Positions 55,854 through 64,000 of a DNA stretch of 64,000 nucleotides are shown piece after piece (position 1 is the first letter of the stretch; each line of letters begins with the position of its first letter). A program made the position numbers and the translations under genes. The notes under the pieces are model-generated. The model was given only the letters and a program-made list of their open reading frames with translations. It did not search any database and was not told where the DNA came from. The DNA is from Phaeosaccion multiseriatum. Lineage: Eukaryota; Protista; Ochrophyta, other classes. Location: contig OZ218950.1 in assembly GCA_965112735.1 (NCBI GenBank), positions 5,952,001 to 6,016,000 on the forward strand, read 5' to 3'.

Positions 55854-57680
55854 ATGAGTGATACCTGCGGAGCGCGGGCCTTGAGTACTGTGGCCAGCCT
55901 TTTCCCGACACACAAGGCCCTGTGGGGAGTGTGCAAGGAGGTGGACAAGCTCACGTGCCGCACTCTGGTCCTTAGCGCCGACATGCCTGGTGATGTCAAG
56001 AGGCGCATGCTTAGCATGCTGGAGGAGCAGCAGCAGAAAGACGAGGAGAAGCACCATACTGCATCTTCTTCTTGGTCGGGGACTAGGCCTGCTGCTGCCG
56101 CAGATCAGGATACGCTGGAAAGGGGGGGGAAGCGGGCAAAGGGAAGGGCACAGCGCCAGCTGCCCGAGAGCTCACAGCGCGATGAGACTGGGCCGGGGAA
56201 TGAGAGGCGCTTATTTTGCGTGATCGCCGTGCGTCTCGGCGCCCGGAGTCGATGCGGCCGTTCTGCCCCTGAAGAGGCTCTCGTTGTCAAAGTGTTGTCC
56301 ATGTTGCCACGGTCCGCGAAGCGTGTGCTCTTCTCTGAGGCTTTCAATCAGTCTGATGTGATCCTGCCGAGCTCGCTGGAGGAGGTGACATTCGGGAGTG
56401 ACTTTGACAGACCCATCGCTTTCCCTCCCTCGCTGAGGAAGCTTACTTTCGACTTGTATTCGGCGTTCAATCAGCCTGATGTGATCCTGCCGAGCGCGCT
56501 GGAGGAGGTGACATTCGGGAAGGACTTTAACAGACCCATCGTTTTCCCTCCCTCGCTGAGGAAGCTTACTTTTGCTGAGGGCTCGCTGTTCAATCAGCCT
56601 GATGTGATCCTGCCGGGCTCGCTGGAGGAGGTGACATTCTGGAAGTGTTTTAACAGACCCATCGCTTTCCCTCCATCGCTGAGGAAGCTTACTTTTGCTG
56701 TGGGCTCGCCGTTCAATGAACCTGATGTGATCCTGCCGAGCTCGCTGGAGGAGGTGGGATTCGGGAAGTGTTTTAACAGACCCATCGCTTTCCCTCCCTC
56801 GCTGAGGAAGCTTACTTTTAAAGCGGACTCGCGGTTCAATCAGTCTGATGTTATCCTGCCGAGCTCGCTGGAGGAGTTGACATTCGGGGAGGACTTTAAC
56901 AGACCCATCGCTTTCCCTGCCTCGCTGAGGAAGCTCACTTTTTACGAGTACTCGCAGTTCAATCAGCCTGACGTGTTGTTGCCGAGCTCGCTGGAGGAGG
57001 TGACATTCGGGAGTGACTTTGACAGACCCATCGCTTTCCCTCCCTCGCTGAGGAAGCTTATTTTCCACTGGGATTCAGCGTTCAATCAGCCTGATGTGTT
57101 GTTGCCGAGCTCGCTGGAGGAGGTGACATTCGGGAAGGACTTTAACAAACCCGTCGCTTTCCCTCCCTCGCTGAGGAAGCTTACTTTCTGCTTCAATTCG
57201 GCGTTCAATCAGCCTGATGTGTTGTTGCCGAGCTCGCTGGAGGAGGTGACATTCGGGCGGCGCTTCAACAGACCCATCGCTTTCCCTCCCTCGCTGAGGA
57301 AGCTTACTTTCGACTTGGACTCGGCGTTCAATCAGCCTGATGTGTTGTTGCCGAGCTCGCTGGAGGAGGTGACATTCGGGAAGCGTTTTAACAGACCCAT
57401 CGCTTTCCCTCCCTCGCTGAGGAAGCTTGCTTTCAGCTGGAATTCGGCGTTCAATCAGCAGTTGATTCTTCCTTGTGGTGTGGAGGAGGTGTTGATGGGG
57501 GGCGGCTTTAATCATCCCTTGCAGCTCCCTGCGTCTCTGCGGAGGCTGACGCTGGTAGAGAGCTACACCTGTCCATTGACGGACCTGCCTGCTGGCCTCC
57601 AGTATCTCGAGGTTAGCAGGTATCTCCCGCTGCCCGCAGATCTGCCGGAGGGGCTCCGCGTGGAGTACAACTATTCTTGA
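55854..57680 (+). CDS. FNIP-repeat protein E (9 units), intronless
   Basis: ATG at 55854, 608 aa. Confidence 0.93.
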   Translation: MSDTCGARALSTVASLFPTHKALWGVCKEVDKLTCRTLVLSADMPGDVKRRMLSMLEEQQQKDEEKHHTASSSWSGTRPAAAADQDTLERGGKRAKGRAQRQLPESSQRDETGPGNERRLFCVIAVRLGARSRCGRSAPEEALVVKVLSMLPRSAKRVLFSEAFNQSDVILPSSLEEVTFGSDFDRPIAFPPSLRKLTFDLYSAFNQPDVILPSALEEVTFGKDFNRPIVFPPSLRKLTFAEGSLFNQPDVILPGSLEEVTFWKCFNRPIAFPPSLRKLTFAVGSPFNEPDVILPSSLEEVGFGKCFNRPIAFPPSLRKLTFKADSRFNQSDVILPSSLEELTFGEDFNRPIAFPASLRKLTFYEYSQFNQPDVLLPSSLEEVTFGSDFDRPIAFPPSLRKLIFHWDSAFNQPDVLLPSSLEEVTFGKDFNKPVAFPPSLRKLTFCFNSAFNQPDVLLPSSLEEVTFGRRFNRPIAFPPSLRKLTFDLDSAFNQPDVLLPSSLEEVTFGKRFNRPIAFPPSLRKLAFSWNSAFNQQLILPCGVEEVLMGGGFNHPLQLPASLRRLTLVESYTCPLTDLPAGLQYLEVSRYLPLPADLPEGLRVEYNYS

Positions 57681-58163
57681 CATAGAAGCTCTCCCGTTTT
57701 CCCGAGCCTTGCGAAGGAATCAGAAGCGGGGCAGAGTTGCGAAGGAATCAGACGCCCTCTGCAAGCCAGGAGGAGGAGAGGAGGCCCCATCCAGGTGTGT
57801 GCCAAGAGAGGCGGGTGTGCGGAGTGGTGGGGTCTGTGTAGGTACTGTGTAGGCAGGAGCTTGGGCTTGCACTCGCTCGCTGTGGGCGGTGGTGGTCAGC
57901 GGAGTCGGAGTCAGGCCTGAATGCAACCCCCTTCCTCTGAACTGACTCATTTCGCTGTTGCTCTCCCTGCTTGCCTGCCGGTTAGGTGGGAAGAAAGCGG
58001 CCTGTCTACCACGGGAGAAGAGGGCAGAAGGGGTCGAGACTCCGAAGAGGAGGAGCGGTAGGCGGAGGAAGTGTTGATCGCTTCGCGGGGAAGGAAGGGG
58101 GCAGGGAGGCAGGGAGGCAGGAAGGAAGGCAGAAGGGAAGGAAGGAGAGAAGGAAGGAAGGAA

Positions 58164-58260
<97 letters not shown>

Positions 58261-58301
58261 GAAGGGCGCAACGAGAGGGGGGCCGGTTCGGGTTTAGAGC
58301 A

Positions 58302-58333
<32 letters not shown>

Positions 58334-59945
58334 ATGGCACGCCACTGAGACGGGAGGCAGGCGCCGCTGAAGCCTAGGCAATGAGGAGAAGGAGGAGGAG
58401 GAGGAGCGGAAGCGGTAGATGCAGCCGCTACAGGTATGAGTCCCTGCTCTCTGCGTCCCGAGCGGGGCAGGAGCTGGAGGGATAGGAGGAGACGGAGGAA
58501 AAGCAGCAGTAGGAGTGGTAGAGATGGCGCAAGGGAGAGGAGGATGAGAGAACAGAAGGAGGGCTGCAGTAGCCGTGTGGGAGAAGTGAAGGGGACCTGC
58601 ATCAGCCCGGTGGCAACAAACAGCGAAGGGGGTCGCTGCGATGAGAGCCGCATGAGTTAAAGTCATGGCATTGTGTTCTTGTGTCGTGTTGGCACAGGCC
58701 GCGAGAGGGGCCGATGCTCACTCGATAGCACGACAAACCACAGGGGGGGCATAGAGTGAATGTGTGCACGAGGGTGAGTGTCGTGAGTTTTTTTTTTTTT
58801 TTGCGACCTCACTCGTACTAGTATCTTAATTTTAGTTAGTGTACATGATACCAAATACAAGAATGTAGGACTCAAAAGTGATCAGCAGTGCCGTACGCAT
58901 ACGGAGTTGGTTGTTGGGCACGGCTTGGCTCCCTGTGCCGCATCCGTGAGAAGCAACCCCCATGAGTCCCCAGTCCAGCGTGGTCGCTGCTTCGTTGGCA
59001 GGCATGGTGCCCCGAAGCAGGGTGCCGTACTCTTTGTACACAAGGGCCAGGTACAGCTTGCGCTTCTTTTCCGAACACAAGTGTTTCCTCCTCCTCCTCC
59101 TCCTCCTCTCCTCGTATATATATATACACATATATGTGTGTGTGTATATATACCCAAGTGGCCGTCAGTCCCCAAGGGGCCATAAACTGAAGAACCATCT
59201 TTCTTTCCAAGGGCCGGCTCTAAGCACGTTAGGCCCCGCACATAGGCAGGACACACACTACCCACCATACGGGCGGTGTGTCTGTAACTCCCTTCATTCT
59301 ACTCCATACTCCATACTCCATGTGTGAGCGAGGCGCTGAGGCGAGGTGCTGCATGTACATGATGCCCCCCCCCCCCCCCCCTTTTTCTCCTCGTTCTCTT
59401 CCTTCTCCTCTCTCTCTCTCTTCTCTGTTGCCCTCTCACCTTCGCTCACGCCTGTCGTGGGTGGAACTAAGTTCTTGCCCGGTCGGGGCCGATACCGATA
59501 TGACTGGTCATGAATATGAATAACCATATGACCATTCATGACCGTCGGAGCCAGCATCAGCAGTAGATCCGTCAGGCTTGCGAGGTCACGCCATCCATTG
59601 CTAATACTTGCGCTCACTTGATCAGTCAGACAGTCAGTCCGTCCGTCCGTCCGTCAGTCAGTCAGCCAGCGAGTCAGCCAGTCAGCCAGTCAGCCAATCA
59701 GGCAGTCAGGCAGTCAGGCAGACAGGCAAGAAGGCAGCCAGCCAGGGGCAGCCCTGTCGTGGGATGAGGGAGCGAGGGCCACACGGCAGCAAGGCAAACC
59801 ATCTGCTCATGTCTCTTGCTCTCCCTGTCTGCTTGTTGTTCTTGTCGCAGTGCATTGCTACAGCCGTTGGCAAGCAATGAGAAGACAGCCTTCCTTCTTC
59901 GTCATCTCTCTGCTCGTGCATGTAACTCAGGCCTTGCTCAGGCAC

Positions 59946-60788
59946 TCATTCTCCCGATTTGGAGCTCAAAAGTCTCTGCTTGAGCTTAGCGGCAGCCTCG
60001 CCATTCGCCGCCGCATCTGCCGATCCTGCTTCGGCAGGCTTGACGGCGCTGCCTGCTTCTTCTTCTTCTGCTGCTGCTGTGCCCCCCGCTGCCCCCTTGA
60101 GCGGCTGCTTCTGCGCTTGTTCTTCATCGTCATCCATAGAAAAGCTCGTCAGTGCTTGAGTCTGCTGCCGTTTGCGCTTCTTCCGCTTCGCTTCCAGCTG
60201 TTGGTAGCACAGCAGCAGCAGAGGGAGGGGCAGGTCGAGGAGAAGCATAGGCGTGAGATTTTGCACACCTTATAGGGGACATGCACAGTCACATGCTACA
60301 AATCAGATACAGTGCACAGCACCGGCTAGGCCCTTTACCCTTTGTTACCTTGTCGGACTTTCTCCGCTCCTTGGCCTCTGCCTTCTTCTTCTCCTCCTTC
60401 TCCCTCTCCTCCCTTCCCTCCAATTCTAGCTTGGCCTTTACGAAGTCCTCCTTAGTGGCCAGTCCCACCGTCTTTTGACTGAGAAGAGAGGTCGAGTCCA
60501 CCGTCTTTGCGGTAAACCTGTGGATGCAGACAGGAAAGAGAGCGTCGTCGTTAATTCCCTCCCCCCCATAAACCATGCTATTCCCCACCCGCACCTGCTA
60601 TCGCCCGTGAGGGCTGACTCAAGACTCTTCCAAGATGCTCCGTCCTTCTCCAGCCCCCTCGCAATCAATCCCGCCTCCTTCTTTTGCTGCCTCTTGGGGA
60701 TGGTCCCACCCCTCCTCGCCCTCCCCTCGCCATCTCCTTTACTGCCCTCGAACACTGCTCCCTCATCACTCGCGAAAGCGGCTTTCAT
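59946..60788 (-). CDS. FAM50/XAP5-like protein (N-terminal half recognisable only)
   Basis: Exons ~60788-60596, 60517-60349 and ~60200-59946 give RFTAKTVDSTSLLSQKTVGLATKEDFVKAKLELE and KRKKRKRQQTQALTSFSMDDDEE, which resemble FAM50 TVGLVT and LSF..DDEE. The 3' end is uncertain. Confidence 0.5.
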
Positions 60789-60996
60789 AAGCAGGCCAGG
60801 AAGAGTATATCCTGACTGCAGGGACGGAGCTCTTCTGTCCTCCTCCTCGTCCTTCCTGTCCAGTTGTAGTTTCAGCTCATTGATTCCTTGGCTTACTAAC
60901 CTTTTTTTCCCCCTTTCATTCTCTTCCACCCTTTGCTCTGTTCGGTACGCGGTGCCCACACGTAGAGAAGGGTTGTGATCACCGACACATCACAAT

Positions 60997-62997
60997 ATGG
61001 CTTCCGCGGAGGGTGTTGGAGCCAAGCAGGACGAAGAAAGGGAGGAGGAGGTGAGGGAGACACAAAAACAAACAGAGAAATTGAAACGCCAAATCACCTC
61101 TCTGCTGTTTCCTCTCCCACTTTTATTGTCTAAGATCAAAACCAGGCTTGATCACGCGCGGAAAACCATGGCAACAGTGCTTCACCTCGACACCTTGAAC
61201 ATGGGGGTGAGTGAAAATGAAAGAATATAAGGGGGGCGAGAGGCAAGACTTTAATGCTGACCACTTCCCTCCGTCGGGTTGCCTCCGTCTCCCCCCCCCC
61301 CCCCTCCCCAGATGGTTCCTAAGGCACTGTCTTTCATCGGTCACTACCCGTGCCTGCGGGTACTGGACATGCGAGACAACCAACTCGTGATGCTGCCCTC
61401 TGCCATGTTCACCATCCTCACCCACCTTGAGGAGCTGCGACTGCAGAACGTACGTGTGCAACAAGGTCTATCTAGACATAGAGCTCCTTTGGGAAGAAGC
61501 CAAGTCACTCTTAGACGAAGAGGTGAAGCCCCTCGAGTGGTGCAAGCCTTCGAAATTTCTTGCATTGTGGCCTCGGGTAGGAAATCAAACTCTTTTCCTC
61601 ATGAAAGCCATTATTACTTAGCAGCAAAAATTGCTTCACTGCTGCTGCCCGGCTTTGAAGATGCATCCTCACTCCTCCCCCCCCCCCCCCAATTTCCCCT
61701 CAAACCGCCCCGCTTCGTCGCCGACCCCAACGCTGCACTGCATAGAACCAATTGAGCTACCTCCCGGAGAGCCTCTCTGATCTCCATCAGCTCAAAGTGC
61801 TGAATCTCAGCAACAATGCCCTGGAGGAGATGCCGGAGGGACTCTTCGTGCTTGAGCAGCTCGAGAAGCTGAACATCTCCGACAACAGGTGGGCGAGTGA
61901 GTGAGTGAGTGAGTGAGTACGTGAGTGAGTGAGTGAGTGAGTGGTGAGGGTGAGGAGATGGTGGCAAGTAGAGGAGGACGGAGCGAGGGCAGAAGAGGGA
62001 GAGTCCATGGCATTCGAAAACGTGCAGGGAAAGGACATGAGTAGGGCCCGGAGGGAGGAGGAGGAGGAGGAGGAGGAGCAGGAATGAATGGAACATTGAC
62101 CCCGTCACTGATCAGCTCTCTTGCCGGCCTTGTCTTGATGCCCCCCCCCCCCTCCATCGCCCTGTGTGTGTGCGTGCTCGATTAGGCTGGAGGTGCTAGT
62201 TCCTCACTTCGGGCTACTCACTCACTTGAAGGAGCTACTCCTGGCCAGGAACCCATTCAGCGTAGTCCCTCCCGAGGTGAGAGAAAGGCATCTGTGGGGA
62301 GGGGGGAAGAAAGAAGTGAGAGGTCCTCCTTGTACACCCCGTGTCCATCGCTCCTCAACCGCAGACTTGAGGAGGTATGATAGATGCATGCACCCACCAC
62401 TCGAAGCGCGGCTGCCTCTACTTGTACTTGCTTTCCTTACACCACTAGCTCCTCCTCTGTGCACTACACACACACGCTCTCTCTCTCCCACTCTCTCTCT
62501 CTCTCTGTTGCGCTTCTTTCTACCCACCTGCTTTACGACAGCTGAAGGCCCTGACGGAGCTGACGAGATTCGACGTGAGTGGCAACCCCATCACGATCAT
62601 ACCCGAGACTCTGCAGCGCCTGCACGCCAAGGGAGAGCTGCTGCGGTAAGTCACTCACTGAGCTAGTACATGGTGTCAGTCAGTCAGTCAGTCAGTCAGT
62701 CAGTCCTCGCGTTCACTCTCTCTCTCATTCACTCTCTCTCTATCCTTCTCTCTCTCTCTCCCTCCTTCTCTCCCTCTCTCCCTCTCTCCCTCTCCTTCTT
62801 TCCCTCTCTCTCTCTCTCCCCCTCCTCTTTCTGTCTTCGTATGCCTACCCCACCCCACCGGCCACTCTCTCCCCAGCGACAAGGAGCGCAGGAAGGGCCT
62901 GATCAGACGGGCTCTCGCCGTGCGCACGAGAACTAGAGCCGCGTACAGGAAACAGATCCTCGGCCCTTCGCCTCTGCTAGGGGGGGTGGCGTCTTGA
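60997..62997 (+). CDS. Leucine-rich repeat protein, about 7 exons
   Basis: LRVLDMRDNQLVMLP, LEELRLQNNQLSYLP, LKVLNLSNNALEEMP, LEKLNISDNRL, LKELLLARNPFSVVP and LTRFDVSGNPITIIP across GT-AG junctions. TGA at 62995-62997. Confidence 0.85.
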
Positions 62998-63203
62998 AGG
63001 AACGGATGGCACTGGATGGAAGGGAGTGAGGGAGGGACGGACGGCAGGGGGGGAGGGGGGGGGGGCTTCTGCTGTGCCGCTACTACTCCCCCATTTACTG
63101 CCATCCCCCAATGCCGAGGGGTAAGGATTCTTCGTTCCTTCGGGAGATGAGGTGCCTTTTGCTTGCAACCCGCTTGCATCAAGGCCCACAAAGGCACGGT
63201 ATC

Positions 63204-63470
63204 GGATGGCAGCAGAGGGCAGTGGATGGCAGCAGAGGGCAGTGGATGGCAGCAGAGGGCAGTGGATGGCAGCAGAGGGCAGTGGATGGCAGCAGAGGGC
63301 AGTGGATGGCAGCAGAGGGCAGTGGATGGCAGCAGAGGGCAGTGGATGGCAGCAGAGGGCAGTGGATGGCAGTAGAGGGTAGTGGATGGCAGCAGAGGGC
63401 AGTGGATGGCAGCAGAGGGCAGTGGATGGCAGCAGAGAACAATGGTTGGCAGCAGAGTGTAGCGGATGGC
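63204..63470. repeat. 20-bp minisatellite
   Basis: (AGTGGATGGCAGCAGAGGGC) about 12 copies. Confidence 0.95.
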
Positions 63471-63837
63471 AGTTGAGGGTATCAGATGGAGGCAGAGGGC
63501 CTGGGAGAAATGGGCGGGTCGGCTCACACGGGGTTGGGGTGTCGACTTTGGGTGTCGACTTAGGGTGTCGACTTTGTGCTCCGGTGCTCTCTCCTCCTCC
63601 GCCTCCAGCCAAGGCACCACACAGAGAGGACACGGACATCGCAGGTCGGTGGGGTGGATGAGAGGAGCGAGGAGCATGCCCAAAGTGTCAGGAAGTACCA
63701 AGTGTCAGGATCAGCGAAAGGTGGTGAGGACAGGACATGGTCAGCTCAGACAGTGTCAGGTGTCAGGACGTGGCGACAACAATAGGTTTCCGCGCCCCGC
63801 TGGACATACGGCCCATACTGCCTCAGAGCCTTGGAGC

Positions 63838-63945
63838 CTGCCTCAGAGTGAGTATCTTGCTGCCTCAGAGTGAGTATCTTGCTGCCTCAGAGTGAGTATC
63901 TTGCTGCCTCAGAGTGAGTATCTTTCGATATCTTGCTGCCTCAGA
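63838..63945. repeat. 22-bp tandem repeat
   Basis: (GCCTCAGAGTGAGTATCTTGCT) about 4 copies. Confidence 0.9.
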
Positions 63946-64000
63946 CAGATGGATGGGCGGCAACACTTCTACTCCTCGGGGATGAGGGTGAGGGGGGGTT

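Larger units (their letters stand above)
49611..58452 (+). repeat. Tandem segmental duplication, units 4-5 of the FNIP array
   Basis: Unit 4 (5'-partial) spans ~49611-54240 and unit 5 ~54241-58452. Both are near-identical to units 1-3. Confidence 0.93.

Noticed and set aside
12340-57460. CRISPR-like appearance of conserved repeats with variable spacers in the FNIP genes
   Set aside because: The variable parts are only 6-18 nt, always in frame inside long ORFs. The context is eukaryotic and there are no cas genes.
11848-57680. Diversity-generating retroelement as the source of FNIP variability
   Set aside because: No RT, no non-coding template repeat, and the variation is not confined to adenine positions. 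The nearby retroelement is an RLE non-LTR remnant.
12496-57683. Long antisense ORFs over the FNIP genes (e.g. 12496-13305, 17080-18063, 52585-53562, 56211-57068)
   Set aside because: Shadow frames of a repeat that happens to lack stops. They are broken at different places in each paralogue.
58860-59620. Possible extra exons or a small gene between the array and the FAM50-like gene
   Set aside because: Short ORFs with no recognisable motif, and no consistent splice model could be built by eye.

Overview
Eukaryotic, GC-rich, intron- and microsatellite-rich genomic DNA, probably an alga with a secondary red plastid (inference from one bipartite-type presequence). Ordinary spliced genes: an MDR-family dehydrogenase (5' end outside the window), a ferric reductase/NOX-family flavocytochrome, a PX-domain protein, YjbQ/UPF0047, a CEP192/SPD-2-like protein, a FAM50/XAP5-like N-terminal protein and an LRR protein. 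The main feature is a split tandem array of five intronless FNIP-repeat genes, 50 units of 41 aa/123 bp in total. Their framework is almost invariant at the DNA level, two small windows per unit are hypervariable, and blocks of units are shuffled between paralogues behind a degenerate F-box-like N-terminus. This is a candidate diversifying recognition/ubiquitin-adaptor system. Three of the five promoters carry insertions, two of them from a CRE-like RLE non-LTR retrotransposon. Other points: a predicted splice fusion of a CER1/CER3 WAX2-type domain to a flavin monooxygenase, a 15-bp motif (CAGTTGGTGATACAG) scattered through exons in four reading frames, a 5-nt microexon, and introns with purine/G-rich 5' ends and complementary C-rich 3' ends. 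All exon boundaries were read by eye and are unverified.
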